The position numbers and the translations under genes are program-made. Positions 19,572-29,540 of a DNA stretch of 64,000 nt are shown here, in pieces. The stretch is taken from assembly GCA_964528395.1 (NCBI GenBank), contig CAZGTC010000004.1:26840-90839 (forward strand). The letters are read 5' to 3'. Position 1 is the first letter of the stretch; the number at the start of each line of letters is the position of its first letter. Source of the DNA: an uncultured bacterium. Lineage in GTDB: Bacteria; Margulisbacteria; WOR-1; CAZGTC01. The notes under the pieces were generated by a model. The model ran no database searches and had not been told where the DNA came from. It was given only the letters and a program-made list of their open reading frames with translations.

Positions 19572-19835
19572 CTATTCAACCACATGCGGATAAATGCCCA
19601 GGTTGCGGCCGCATTTTATCGCTCGCGCTACCATGCGCTGGTGCTTGGCGCAGCATCCGGTCATGCGGCGCGGGGCAATCTTTCCGCGATCCGTGATAAA
19701 ACTTTGCATTAAGTCCGTATTTTTATAATCGATCGGGGCTTTGTTGGCACAATACCAGCAAACGCGCTTTTTTCTTTTTTTAAAAAATTTTTTCGGCTCT
19801 CTTTTTTTATTATTGTTTCTTTTCTTATCTGACAT
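19572..19835 (-). CDS. rpsR: 30S ribosomal protein S18.
   Basis: [14 protein letters not shown]...[15 protein letters not shown] matches the S18 core. GGAGGA RBS 5 nt upstream of the ATG for MSDKK. Confidence 0.85.
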   Translation of the reverse strand: MSDKKRNNNKKREPKKFFKKRKKRVCWYCANKAPIDYKNTDLMQSFITDRGKIAPRRMTGCCAKHQRMVARAIKCGRNLGIYPHVVE

Positions 19836-19855
19836 TTTTTCCTCCATTTACCAAA

Positions 19856-20248
19856 CTAAAAAGGAATTTCATCCTCATTGGCAGCAGCTTCTTTGGCCGG
19901 CTCTTTTGCAGAATAACCCGGAGCTGCATTTTCATCTTTTCTGCCCAACATCTGGATATTGTCTGCTACAACTTCGGCATAAACTTTTTTTACCCCGTTT
20001 TTTTCATAACTGCGCACTTCTAAGCGGCCTTCAACTGCCACGGGCCGGCCTTTTTTCAAAAACTCCCCGCAAATTTCTGCTAAACGGCGCCAAGCCGCGA
20101 CATTTATAAAATCTGCTTCATTATCTGCGCCTTTACGGGAAAAACGGTTGACTGCTACTACCAAGCGCGCCACCGGCAATCCATTGGGAGTAAACCTTAC
20201 TTCTGGATCCCGAGCCAAATTTCCAATCAAAAATACTTTATTGTACAT
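19856..20248 (-). CDS. ssb: Single-stranded DNA-binding protein.
   Basis: OB-fold N-terminus (VFLIGNLARDPEVRFTPNG). Acidic C-terminal tail ending in DEIPF. Confidence 0.8.
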   Translation of the reverse strand: MYNKVFLIGNLARDPEVRFTPNGLPVARLVVAVNRFSRKGADNEADFINVAAWRRLAEICGEFLKKGRPVAVEGRLEVRSYEKNGVKKVYAEVVADNIQMLGRKDENAAPGYSAKEPAKEAAANEDEIPF

Positions 20249-20260
20249 GGCTTATCCTTT

Positions 20261-20644
20261 TTAAAAAGGTAAATCATCTGGTGCATCAAATGGGTTTTCA
20301 GCCTGACTGCTTGCTATCCCCGCAGCCTTATCCATATTGCGGAAACTCCGGGCAACCACTTCAGTTACCCAGCGTTTTTCCCCGTTTTCAGCATCAAAAG
20401 AACGGTTTTGAATCCGTCCTTCAACCAAAATTGTGTTGCCATCTTTTAAAGATTCGGTAGCAAGTTCTGCCAAGCGCTCCCAGGCAACAATATCAATATA
20501 ATCAAAAGTAGGATTTTGGCCTTCTTTTATAAACCGCTGAACTGCCAAGCGGAACTTGGTCATGGGAGATCCGCCTTCAGTATAACGGCTTTCCGGATTG
20601 CCGGAAACTTTGCCGATTAGGATGATGCGGTTCAAGCTCGCCAT
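20261..20644 (-). CDS. Single-stranded DNA-binding protein, second tandem paralogue.
   Basis: LNRIILIGKVSGNPESRYTEGG OB-fold. Tail ending in DDLPF. Confidence 0.75.
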   Translation of the reverse strand: MASLNRIILIGKVSGNPESRYTEGGSPMTKFRLAVQRFIKEGQNPTFDYIDIVAWERLAELATESLKDGNTILVEGRIQNRSFDAENGEKRWVTEVVARSFRNMDKAAGIASSQAENPFDAPDDLPF

Positions 20645-20646
20645 TT

Positions 20647-21057
20647 TTAAGCATTGCCTTCTGGAAAGGATTCCAACATTTCAGGCGCAATTTCCACTTG
20701 GTCAGAGCCTTTTTCCTTGTCCACACTCTGCGCTTCAGGAGAAGCCACTGGAGCCGAGGGCACGGAATGCGTAATCACAAAACGGATAACGCTCTCTGTA
20801 ACCCGTAAAAGCTCGCTTAGGATCGGGGGAACAGTTGAAGGCCCAGAAAAAGATGTTTGCACAAAAATTGCTTCTCTTAATTTTTTGTCTTTTTTGTAGT
20901 TGCAGTAGATCGAGCGGCGCATAGGAGAGGAAATTTTTTCGATTTGCCCCCCATTTTGGGTAATACGGTCGGAAAAGCGCGTCATGAGATTGTTGCGCTC
21001 TTCCTCTGTAACCTTGGGATCAAAAAAACACAAAAAATCGTACTTTCTGCTGTGCAC
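20647..21057 (-). CDS. rpsF: 30S ribosomal protein S6 (GTG start).
   Basis: S6-like core (RKYDFLCFFDP ... ELLRVTESVIRFV). AGGAGGA RBS 7 nt upstream of an in-frame GTG at 21055-21057. The longer ORF-track N-terminus is not conserved. Confidence 0.65.
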   Translation of the reverse strand: MHSRKYDFLCFFDPKVTEEERNNLMTRFSDRITQNGGQIEKISSPMRRSIYCNYKKDKKLREAIFVQTSFSGPSTVPPILSELLRVTESVIRFVITHSVPSAPVASPEAQSVDKEKGSDQVEIAPEMLESFPEGNA

Positions 21058-21093
21058 CGAAAATCCTCCTCTATAATAGTTAAGCCAATCAAG

Positions 21094-21157
21094 CCAGAGA
21101 CTAAACGTCTCGGCTTCCCTAATATTTTTGGCAACCGCGACGTTCAGTCGCAGGTTC
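21094..21157. ncRNA. Conserved ~64-nt two-hairpin element, copy A, lying 37-100 nt upstream of rpsF (minus-strand operon).
   Basis: About 85% identical to 26008-26069. Hairpin 1 is GAGAC-TAAAC-GTCTC. Hairpin 2 is AACCGCGAC-GTTCA-GTCGCAGGTT. Confidence 0.45.
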
Positions 21158-21194
21158 AAAAGAAGGGAAATTGTAGCATAGAACCTTTGGTTTT

Positions 21195-22280
21195 TCAAAC
21201 ATTAAAGCGGAAAATAACTACATCGCCTTCGCGCATAGCGTAAGACTTTCCTTCGGTCCGCAGCCGGCCTTTTTCGCGCGCTTTGGCCCAAGATCCGCAG
21301 GCCACAAAATCATCAAAAGACACAACTTCTGCGGCAATAAAACCCCGCTGGATATCTGAATGGATTTTGCCCGCGCCCTCTGGAGCCATGGCCCCTTTTT
21401 GCACGGTCCAGGCCCGGGCCTCTTTTTCTCCTGCAGTAAAAAAAGTTATCAAATCCAGCAGCTGGTAGCTGGCGCGGATAAATTGGTTTAGGCCCCGCTC
21501 CCCGATTCCCAGCTGGCAATAATATTCCTGGGCTTCTTTTTCCGGCAGGTCCTTTAATTCCCCTTCTAATTTGGCGCAAATGGCAATGGCCTGGGATTTT
21601 TCTTTTTGCGCATATTGGGATATTTTTTTAAATTCCTCAACATTCCCGCTTTCATCTACATTGGCTACATATAAAACCGGCTTAAAAGTAAGGAATCCCC
21701 AGGGAGCCAGCAATTCTTTTTCTTCTTTGGATAAAACTAAGTTCCTAATCGGCTCCCCGGAAGCTAGGCTTGGCTTAATTTTTTTCAGGAGCTCCCATTC
21801 CTGTAAAGCTTTTTTGTCTTGGGATTTTACGGTTTTTTCTTGTTTTTCCAAACGGCGCTCCGCGGAATAAAGATCCGCTAAAAGCAATTCTGAATTGATC
21901 ACTTCTATATCGCGGATCGGGTCAAGGGAAGCATCCACATGCACGATATTCTCGTCTTTAAAGCAGCGCACTAAGTGGACAATTGCATCTACGCTGCGGA
22001 TATGCGAAAGAAACTGGTTTCCAAGGCCTTCGCCCTTATGCGCGCCCTTGACCAGGCCGGCAATATCATTGAACTCAACAATCGTGGGCGTAATTTTTTT
22101 GGATTTTTCCAGTTGCGCCAGCACTTGCAGGCGCTCGTCCGGGACTTTTACAATGGCCACATTGGGATCAATCGTGCAAAATGGATAGTTGGAAGCCTCG
22201 GCCTTGGCTTCTGACAAAGAATTGAAAAGCGTGGACTTGCCGACATTGGGCAAACCAACAATGCCAACCGAAAAACTCAT
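21195..22280 (-). CDS. ychF: Ribosome-binding ATPase YchF (Obg-family GTPase).
   Basis: GIVGLPNVGKSTLFN G1 motif and C-terminal TGS domain. 361 aa. Confidence 0.85.
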   Translation of the reverse strand: MSFSVGIVGLPNVGKSTLFNSLSEAKAEASNYPFCTIDPNVAIVKVPDERLQVLAQLEKSKKITPTIVEFNDIAGLVKGAHKGEGLGNQFLSHIRSVDAIVHLVRCFKDENIVHVDASLDPIRDIEVINSELLLADLYSAERRLEKQEKTVKSQDKKALQEWELLKKIKPSLASGEPIRNLVLSKEEKELLAPWGFLTFKPVLYVANVDESGNVEEFKKISQYAQKEKSQAIAICAKLEGELKDLPEKEAQEYYCQLGIGERGLNQFIRASYQLLDLITFFTAGEKEARAWTVQKGAMAPEGAGKIHSDIQRGFIAAEVVSFDDFVACGSWAKAREKGRLRTEGKSYAMREGDVVIFRFNV

Positions 22281-23137
22281 TTTACATCTACTACTTTCAG
22301 GCTCATATCCAAGCTTTTAACGGAATGGGTCAAGGCGCCGATGGAAATATAGTTGATGCCGCATTTAGCGTAAGCTACTATGTTTTTTTCATTAATGCCG
22401 CCCGAAGCTTCAACTTCTAAATTGGATTTGGCATCCTTGATCAATTTAATGGCTTGTTTCACTTGGCTGGGATTCATATTATCCAATAAAACCTTGTTTA
22501 TCCCTTCCAAAGCCAAGACTTCTTTTATTTCCTGCAGGGATGAAACCTCTACCTGTACCGAATATTTGCCTTTGTATTTTGTTGCAACTTTTTTCACTGC
22601 TGCAGTAATGGAACCCGCAACTTTTATATGGTTGTCTTTGATCAAAATCGCATCAAACAAGCCAAAGCGGTGGTTTTCTCCCCCGCCCAATTTCACGGCA
22701 TATTTTTCCAAAACCCTTAAGCCCGGAGTGGTTTTGCGCGTATCCAAAACATCTACATTGTGCACATAAACTAAATCTTCAAACTGGCGGGCTGCAGTTG
22801 CAATGCCCGAAAGCCTTTGTAAAAAATTGAGCGCCACCCTTTCCCCTTCTAAAATCGCCTTAGCGCTGCCTTCAACTTCTGCAATCACAATCCCAGCGCG
22901 CGCTTTGATGCCTTCTTGCACTTTGGGGCGGAAATGGACTCTTTTATCCAGCATAAAAAATACTTCGCGCGCTACCGGCAGCCCAGCCACCACCCCTTTT
23001 TCTTTGAGCTCAATATAGGCCTTGGCCCAGCGCCGCGGCTCAACAATAGCTTCGGTTGTAATATCTCCCTTGCCCAAATCTTCTTCCAGCGCCTGCTTGA
23101 CCACAGGCTTGATATCCTTAACTTCTAAACGATGCAT
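22277..23137 (-). CDS. nadC: Nicotinate-nucleotide pyrophosphorylase (carboxylating).
   Basis: QPRTase motifs (RVALNFLQRLSGIAT, LDNM). Confidence 0.8.
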   Translation of the reverse strand: MHRLEVKDIKPVVKQALEEDLGKGDITTEAIVEPRRWAKAYIELKEKGVVAGLPVAREVFFMLDKRVHFRPKVQEGIKARAGIVIAEVEGSAKAILEGERVALNFLQRLSGIATAARQFEDLVYVHNVDVLDTRKTTPGLRVLEKYAVKLGGGENHRFGLFDAILIKDNHIKVAGSITAAVKKVATKYKGKYSVQVEVSSLQEIKEVLALEGINKVLLDNMNPSQVKQAIKLIKDAKSNLEVEASGGINEKNIVAYAKCGINYISIGALTHSVKSLDMSLKVVDVK

Positions 23138-23152
23138 AAAAACATCCCCCTT

Positions 23153-23971
23153 TTATTTTAGAATAACCCAAACCGCATAGTAATAAACCACTGGCGCTGC
23201 CAGGATAAAACTGTCCAAACGGTCGAGAACTCCGCCATGCCCGGGAATTAAATTGCCTGAATCTTTTACTCCGGCATCACGCTTGATCAGGGATTCAACT
23301 AAATCCGAAATTACGGCCAAAACCCCGATAATCAATCCCAAAATTGCCGCATGCCAAAGGTTCATATTCATAAAATAATAGCCCCAGGCTACGGCTGAAA
23401 TAATACAAAAAATAATTCCTGCCAAAGCCCCTTCAATAGTTTTTTTGGGGGAAATGCTTTTTGAGAGGGCATGCCGGCCAAAAAATTTGCCAAAAAAATA
23501 AGCAATAATATCATTGGACCAAACCGAAAACATAAGGAAAAAAATATAGGCGCCATGGTCCGTCAAAGCCCTAAGAAAAAGAAAATAGCTGAAAAACCAG
23601 CCGATATAAATCATGCCCAAAAGCGTTACTGCAATATCCACAATGGCTTCTTCTGCGCGTTTAATAAAAACCGCGGCGGACAAAGTCAACATGCAGGCTA
23701 AGGTCAAAATAAAAGAATGCCCGGGCTCCCAGTTTTTTTTCAGGGCATAGTAGGCGGCAAAAATAAAAAAGATCACCACCAAGTTCCCCAGGTAAACTGC
23801 GGGATGGTAGTCTTTGCGCCGCATTAAATTGTAAAATTCATTTACTCCGGCTAAGGCCAAAGCCAGGATCAAAACCAAAAAAGCAAATCCCCCCCAATAA
23901 GTGCAAGCCACAATAATTGGGGCAGCAATCAAGCCGGTTAGCGTCCGGGCAAAAAATTTAGACCCGACCAA
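23153..23971 (-). CDS. cdsA: Phosphatidate cytidylyltransferase.
   Basis: Polytopic membrane protein with the C-terminal CdsA signature (GHGGVLDRLDS). Confidence 0.75.
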   Translation of the reverse strand: MVGSKFFARTLTGLIAAPIIVACTYWGGFAFLVLILALALAGVNEFYNLMRRKDYHPAVYLGNLVVIFFIFAAYYALKKNWEPGHSFILTLACMLTLSAAVFIKRAEEAIVDIAVTLLGMIYIGWFFSYFLFLRALTDHGAYIFFLMFSVWSNDIIAYFFGKFFGRHALSKSISPKKTIEGALAGIIFCIISAVAWGYYFMNMNLWHAAILGLIIGVLAVISDLVESLIKRDAGVKDSGNLIPGHGGVLDRLDSFILAAPVVYYYAVWVILK

Positions 23972-24707
23972 AGCGTCTCTCCCTTTTTTGGTAATCTAAT
24001 AAGGCTTTGGCCATTTCTTCGCGGTTGAAATCCGGCCAGCATTTGTCAGTAACGTAAATTTCGGCATAAGCCAGCTGCCATAAGAGAAAGTTGGAAATGC
24101 GCATTTCACTGGCCGTGCGGATTAGGAGGTCCGGATCCGGGATTTCAGCCGTGTATAAATATCGGGAAAAAAGTTTTTCATCTATGGACGAATTTTTTCC
24201 TTCGCTTAAAATACGGTTAACCGCATCCACGATTTCTGCCCGGCTGCCGTAATTAAGCATAATATTTAAATTTAAGCCTTGATTGTTTTTGGTGGCGTCT
24301 TCTGCGCGCTTGATTTTTTCCTGCAGGGCGCTGGATAACTGGGAAGTTCGGCCAAAAAAACGGATGCGCACTTTATTTTCAATCAAAGAAGAAAGTTCTT
24401 TATCTATGGTATTGGATAAGAGCTCCATCAGGGAAGAAACTTCTTCTTTGGGCCTTTGCCAGTTTTCCGTTGAAAAGGCATAGAGCGTCAAATATTTTAT
24501 TTTGAATTCCCCGCAGGCCTTTACTGCTGCGCGGACAGATTCTGCGCCCATATGATGGCCGGCCGCGCGCGGCAAGCCCCTTTTCTTTGCCCAGCGGCCG
24601 TTGCCGTCCATGATAATAGCAATATGCTGCGGTAATTTTTCTATTTTGGCCGGCCCTAAGTTAGCGGGGAAAAAAGGCTCTAAAATTTTCTTGAGTAATT
24701 CCCTCAT
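23958..24707 (-). CDS. uppS: Undecaprenyl-diphosphate synthase (cis-prenyltransferase).
   Basis: HIAIIMDGNGRWA, and the ENWQRP, IRTSGEMRISNFLLWQ-type motifs. Confidence 0.85.
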   Translation of the reverse strand: MRELLKKILEPFFPANLGPAKIEKLPQHIAIIMDGNGRWAKKRGLPRAAGHHMGAESVRAAVKACGEFKIKYLTLYAFSTENWQRPKEEVSSLMELLSNTIDKELSSLIENKVRIRFFGRTSQLSSALQEKIKRAEDATKNNQGLNLNIMLNYGSRAEIVDAVNRILSEGKNSSIDEKLFSRYLYTAEIPDPDLLIRTASEMRISNFLLWQLAYAEIYVTDKCWPDFNREEMAKALLDYQKRERRFGRV

Positions 24708-25261
24708 TAAACTTCCATTATTTCGGCTTCTTTGTTTTTTTGCAGCTTGTCGATTTCTGCGGAAAATTTATCCGTTACTTTTTGGATTTTTTCTTCAGAA
24801 GACTTGGCTGCATCCTCGGATATTTCCTTATTTTCTTTTTGCTTCTTTAAGGCATCTATAACTTCGCGGCGGATATTTCGCAAGCTGACTTTGCTTTTTT
24901 CTGCTTCGGTCTTTATGAGCTTGACCAAATCCCTGCGGCGTTCTTCCGTGAGCTGGGGAAGAATCAGGCGCACAACCCCGGCTTCGATAACCGGATTAAG
25001 GCCTAAATCGGATTTTTGGATGGCTTTTTCTATATCTTTCAGCGAATTTTTATCATAAGCCTGGATAACCATCATCCTCGGTTCTGGCACCGCGATTTGC
25101 GCCAGCTGCTTTAAAGGCGTAGTTGCCCCATAATATTCAACTACAATGTTATCCAGCAAAGCTGGGGAGGCCCTCCCGGTCCTTACCCCGGCAAAAGTTT
25201 TTGCTGCAGCTTCGATCGTTTTTTTCATCTTGATTTCAGTTTCTTGTACGATGTCAGGCAT
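24707..25261 (-). CDS. frr: Ribosome recycling factor.
   Basis: [12 protein letters not shown] motif. AAGGAGGAG RBS upstream of MPDIV. 184 aa. Confidence 0.85.
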   Translation of the reverse strand: MPDIVQETEIKMKKTIEAAAKTFAGVRTGRASPALLDNIVVEYYGATTPLKQLAQIAVPEPRMMVIQAYDKNSLKDIEKAIQKSDLGLNPVIEAGVVRLILPQLTEERRRDLVKLIKTEAEKSKVSLRNIRREVIDALKKQKENKEISEDAAKSSEEKIQKVTDKFSAEIDKLQKNKEAEIMEV

Positions 25262-25997
25262 GGCTTTTTTCTCCTCCTTGTCGCGTTTCAATCAGGGTCC
25301 CGACCTTGCGGCCGAGCACTGCTTTTTCGATATTGCCGGTTAAATTAAGATCCAAAACTAAAATCGGAATATTATTATCCATACAAAGCGATGCTGCAGT
25401 TGAATCCATTACTTTTAGCCTGCGCTTTAAAATATTCATATGCGACATGCGCTTGAATTTGCGCGCATCCTTATGCAAAAATGGGTCCTTGTCATAGACC
25501 CCGTCCACTTTGGTAGCTTTGAAAATAATGTCTACGCTCAATTCCGCGGCGCGCAGCGAAGCCGTGGTATCCGTTGTAAAATAGGGGTTTCCCGTGCCCC
25601 CGGCCAAAATAACGATCCGGCCTTTTTCCATGTGGCGGATGGCGCGGCGCCGAATAAAAGGTTCGGCAATCTGGCGCATTTCAATCGCGGATAAAACCCG
25701 GCTGGCCAAGCCTTCTTTTTCCAAGGCGTCCTGCAAAGCTAAAGAATTTATAACGGTTGCGAGCATGCCCATATAATCGCCGGTGGCGCGCTCAATGCCG
25801 GATGCTTCGCCGGATAATCCGCGGAAGATGTTCCCCCCGCCAATAACAATCGCAATATCCACTTCGTGTTTTTTGACTTTTTTCAGCTCGCGGGCTATAA
25901 CCTGTAAAACCGAAGGGTCAATGCCGGATTTTTTGCTGCCCCCCAAAACCTCCCCGGACAACTTCAACAGAATCCTTTTATATTTTGGCTTGCCCAT
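25254..25997 (-). CDS. pyrH: UMP kinase.
   Basis: [18 protein letters not shown] and amino-acid kinase fold motifs. Confidence 0.9.
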   Translation of the reverse strand: MGKPKYKRILLKLSGEVLGGSKKSGIDPSVLQVIARELKKVKKHEVDIAIVIGGGNIFRGLSGEASGIERATGDYMGMLATVINSLALQDALEKEGLASRVLSAIEMRQIAEPFIRRRAIRHMEKGRIVILAGGTGNPYFTTDTTASLRAAELSVDIIFKATKVDGVYDKDPFLHKDARKFKRMSHMNILKRRLKVMDSTAASLCMDNNIPILVLDLNLTGNIEKAVLGRKVGTLIETRQGGEKSHA

Positions 25998-26007
25998 AAA
26001 TGACTGC

Positions 26008-26069
26008 CTTTATGTAACCAGAGGCTAAACGCCTCGGTTTCCATACTATTTGGTAACCGCGACGTTCAG
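26008..26069. ncRNA. Conserved ~64-nt two-hairpin element, copy B, lying 11-72 nt upstream of pyrH (minus-strand operon), in the pyrH/mnmG divergent region.
   Basis: Hairpin 1 is GAGGC-TAAAC-GCCTC, a compensatory A:T to G:C change relative to copy A. Hairpin 2 is identical. Confidence 0.45.
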
Positions 26070-26150
26070 TCGCAGGTTCTATAGGGTAAAACTGGGTAAT
26101 TATATCATCTCTAGAGGGAAGGTGTCAAAGTATGCTAGAATCTATCGCTT

Positions 26151-27938
26151 ATGCCAGAGATAAAGTTTTATAAGAAATACGATGTGATTGTCATTGGCGC
26201 AGGCCATGCCGGGTGCGAGGCAGCACTGGCCAGCAGCCGCCTCGGTTGCAAAACCCTGCTTTTGACCATGAACCTGGACACCATTGCTTTTATGTCCTGC
26301 AACCCGGCTATGGGCGGCCCAGCCAAGAGCCAGTTGATCAAAGAAGTTGATGCTTTGGGCGGAGAGATCGGGCTGGCAACGGATAACACTTTTCTGCAAA
26401 TGAAAACTTTGAATAAGAGCAAAGGCCCGGCAGTGTGGGCCCTGCGCGCTCAATCTGACCGCAAACAATATCATCGCTACATGGTAAAAGTTTTAGAAAA
26501 ACAGCCTAATTTAGATTTAAAGCAAGGCTTGGTTACAGAAATTTTGGTGGATGAAAAAAAGCAAATTACTGGGATAAAAACCAAGCTGGGAATTACCTAT
26601 TCCGCAAAAACTGCCGTTATCACTGCTGGAACTTTTTTGAATGGGAAAATCCATGTTGGGTTAAATTCCATGGAAGCTGGCCGAGCCGGAGAATTTGCTG
26701 CCAAAGAATTGTCAAAAAGCTTGGCCAAGCTCGGGTTAAAGCTGGGGCGCTTAAAAACCGGAACCACCCCGCGCCTAAACTCCCGCAGCATTGATTTTGC
26801 AAAAACTATTCTCCAGCCCGGCGACCATCCCCCGGCTTTATTTTCTTTTAATTGGGAATACCGTGACTTTGGATTAAGATTCCCTAAAAACTCTTTGCTT
26901 AAATCAAAACAAATCCCATGCCACCTAACCCATACGAATGAAAAAACTCATCGTATTATCAAGGCAAACCTTGACCGCTCTCCTCTTTACCAAGGAGTAA
27001 TTAAAGGCATTGGGCCGCGCTACTGCCCTTCAATTGAGGATAAAGTGGTGCGCTTTCCAGAGAAAAAAAGCCACCAGGCTTTTCTCGAGCCCCAGGGCCG
27101 GGACACCATGGAAATTTATGTCCAAGGCATGGCCACTTCCCTGCCGGAGGACGTACAATGGAAATTCATCCGCACTATGGCTGGACTGGAAAAAGCCGAG
27201 ATCCTGCGGCCAGGTTATGCGGTTGAATATGACTATGTTTTGCCTTCGCAGTTAAAACATTCTTTGGAAACCTTAGCTATTTCCGGCTTATTCTGCGCTG
27301 GCCAAATCAATGGGACTTCGGGCTACGAAGAAGCTGCTGCCCAAGGCCTGATTGCAGGAATCAATGCCTCGCGCAAAGTAAAAAAATTAAAGCCTTTTAT
27401 CACCTCGCGCGACCAAAGCTACATCGGCACCCTGATTGATGACTTAATTACAAAGGAAATTAATGAGCCTTACCGCATGCTGACTTCGCGCTCTGAATAC
27501 CGCTTGACCCTGCGCCAGGATAATGCAGATTTAAGGCTGACCGGAAAAGGCTATGAAATCGGGCTGATATCGCAGGAAAGATACGCCAGCTTAAAGAAAA
27601 AAGAAGCTGAAATAAAAATTTATCAAAGCTACCTGAAAGGCCAAGCCAAAATCAAGCCGCGCGTAAAAAAAAGCGCGCGCTGGCAGGCGGAAATTTATAT
27701 GAAATATGAGGGATATATCCAGCGCCAGCTCAAGGAAATAGAGCGGTTCCGCGATTTGGAACACAAAAAGATCCCGTTGGGAGTGGACTTTCTTAAGTTG
27801 CACGGTCTTTCGCTGGAAGCCCGTCAAAAATTAAAATCCCATCAGCCAGAATCAATCGGAAGAGCCAGCCGCATTGCCGGGATCTCCCCTGCTGATATTT
27901 CGGTACTGCTGATGTATTTAAAAAAAGTTGGAAATTAA
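26151..27938 (+). CDS. mnmG: tRNA uridine-5-carboxymethylaminomethyl modification enzyme MnmG (GidA).
   Basis: [19 protein letters not shown]-binding site. Full-length GidA architecture, 595 aa. Confidence 0.9.
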   Translation: MPEIKFYKKYDVIVIGAGHAGCEAALASSRLGCKTLLLTMNLDTIAFMSCNPAMGGPAKSQLIKEVDALGGEIGLATDNTFLQMKTLNKSKGPAVWALRAQSDRKQYHRYMVKVLEKQPNLDLKQGLVTEILVDEKKQITGIKTKLGITYSAKTAVITAGTFLNGKIHVGLNSMEAGRAGEFAAKELSKSLAKLGLKLGRLKTGTTPRLNSRSIDFAKTILQPGDHPPALFSFNWEYRDFGLRFPKNSLLKSKQIPCHLTHTNEKTHRIIKANLDRSPLYQGVIKGIGPRYCPSIEDKVVRFPEKKSHQAFLEPQGRDTMEIYVQGMATSLPEDVQWKFIRTMAGLEKAEILRPGYAVEYDYVLPSQLKHSLETLAISGLFCAGQINGTSGYEEAAAQGLIAGINASRKVKKLKPFITSRDQSYIGTLIDDLITKEINEPYRMLTSRSEYRLTLRQDNADLRLTGKGYEIGLISQERYASLKKKEAEIKIYQSYLKGQAKIKPRVKKSARWQAEIYMKYEGYIQRQLKEIERFRDLEHKKIPLGVDFLKLHGLSLEARQKLKSHQPESIGRASRIAGISPADISVLLMYLKKVGN

Positions 27939-27984
27939 AAACCCTCACCCAAATTTTTCTAAGATGCCTACTATTCTAATGCTA

Positions 27985-28013
27985 CCCTCTCCCGCGCTAA
28001 CGCTGGGAGAGGG
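27985..28013 (+). terminator. GC-rich hairpin CCCTCTCCC-GCGCTAACGCT-GGGAGAGGG, 47 nt downstream of the mnmG stop.
   Basis: 9-bp perfect stem. No clear U-tract, so assignment as an intrinsic terminator is tentative. Confidence 0.35.
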
Positions 28014-28093
28014 ATTAATTGGGAGAAGGTGGCATGCGAAAAGTTTCCAACTCTTGAAAAATTTAGGATGAGGGTGGTGTTGTTTTTCTTTTG

Positions 28094-28102
28094 TGATATA
28101 AT
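28094..28102 (+). promoter_or_regulatory. Extended -10 element TGATATAAT upstream of skp.
   Basis: TGnTATAAT consensus match 41 nt upstream of the skp ATG. Confidence 0.4.
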
Positions 28103-28142
28103 GCCCCAGAGTATTTTTTGAAATTTTAAAGGAGGAAAAAAT

Positions 28143-28604
28143 ATGCGTTTTACTAGAGTCTTGGCAATGGTTTTGTTTGTCGTGTTTTTAGCCTCGGTTT
28201 CTTTGGCAGAAACAGCTTCGAGCATCGGATCAATTGATGTCCAAAAAGTATTCAAGGGCTATAAGGAAACTGTAAAAGCCCAGGAACAAATCGACACAAA
28301 GCAAAGCGAATTCAAAAAAGAATTTGAAAAGAGCCAGGAAAAACTGCAAAAAGCGCAAAAAGACGGCAAAGCCGTAGAAGAAATCGATAAAATGCGCAAA
28401 GACCTGGAAGAAAAGCTAGAACCAAAAAGAAAAGAAATCCTGCGCTTAAACGAAGAGCTGACTGTCCGCCTCCAGCAAAAAATCTTGGTAGCCGTAGAAG
28501 CCGTCAGCAAAAAAATGGGCGTAGATGTAGTATTTGACAAGCAAGTCATTATTACCGGCGGAGTGGACCTGACTGACATGGTGATCCGCGAGCTCAATAA
28601 ATAA
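28143..28604 (+). CDS. skp: Periplasmic chaperone Skp/OmpH family.
   Basis: Signal peptide plus coiled-coil 150-aa protein immediately upstream of lpxD. AGGAGG RBS. Confidence 0.65.
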   Translation: MRFTRVLAMVLFVVFLASVSLAETASSIGSIDVQKVFKGYKETVKAQEQIDTKQSEFKKEFEKSQEKLQKAQKDGKAVEEIDKMRKDLEEKLEPKRKEILRLNEELTVRLQQKILVAVEAVSKKMGVDVVFDKQVIITGGVDLTDMVIRELNK

Positions 28605-28610
28605 AAAAAC

Positions 28611-29540
28611 ATGCCTTTTTCCCTTGCAGAAATTGCCCAAGCTGTTAATGGCCGAACAGTTAACGGAAAAGATATTCCTATTTCTTCTGTAAACCAATTG
28701 GCCTTTGTCTTGTCTCCGCACTCTTTGGAAAAAGCGCTGGCCTCTCCGGCAGCAGCCATTGTTATAAAGGAAACCACGAAAGCTCTGTCCAAACCAGCGA
28801 TTCTGGTAAAAGACCCGCGCTTGGCCATGGCAAAAATCCTGCTGCTGTTTGCCCCTATCCCAAAGCCCGGAAAAATCCATAAGACCGCAATCATTGATAA
28901 GACTGCAAAAATCGGGAAACATACTGCTATTGGCGCATATTCCGTAATCGGTGCAAATTGCCGGATCGGCGCAAATTGCATAATCCACAGCGGAGTTAAT
29001 CTTTATCCAAAAACCGAAATCGGGAATAATGTTATCCTGCATTCTGGGTGCGTGATTGGAGTAGACGGGTTTGGCTTTGCGCAGGATGAAAATAAAAAGC
29101 ATGTAAAAATCCCGCAAATCGGAAAAGTAGTCATAGAAGATGATGTAGAAATATTTGCCAATTGCACAGTTGCCCGAGCCACGCTCAATGAAACCCGCAT
29201 AAAAAAAGGCACAAAAATCGACTGCCTCTGCCATATTGCCCATAATTGTGAGGTTGGCGAAAATTGCGCTTTTGCTTCCGGGGTTGGGGTTTCGGGATCT
29301 GTTACCATAAAAGACCGGGTGCTGGTCGGCGGGCAGGTGGGATTTAACAATCATATTACGGTTGGCAATGACAGCTTATTGATGGGCCGCGCCGGCATAA
29401 CTAAAGATGTGCCGGAAAAAACCGTGGTTTCGGGATTTCCTGCCCAAGAACACCAAAAAGAACTCAAGCAGCAGGCCTTGGTCTCCAAGCTGCCGGAAAT
29501 CTATCAGCGCTTAAAAGCCCTGGAAGAAAAAAATAAATAA
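28611..29540 (+). CDS. lpxD: UDP-3-O-acylglucosamine N-acyltransferase.
   Basis: [15 protein letters not shown]-terminus, left-handed beta-helix hexapeptide repeats, HIAHNC catalytic His region. Confidence 0.8.
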   Translation: MPFSLAEIAQAVNGRTVNGKDIPISSVNQLAFVLSPHSLEKALASPAAAIVIKETTKALSKPAILVKDPRLAMAKILLLFAPIPKPGKIHKTAIIDKTAKIGKHTAIGAYSVIGANCRIGANCIIHSGVNLYPKTEIGNNVILHSGCVIGVDGFGFAQDENKKHVKIPQIGKVVIEDDVEIFANCTVARATLNETRIKKGTKIDCLCHIAHNCEVGENCAFASGVGVSGSVTIKDRVLVGGQVGFNNHITVGNDSLLMGRAGITKDVPEKTVVSGFPAQEHQKELKQQALVSKLPEIYQRLKALEEKNK

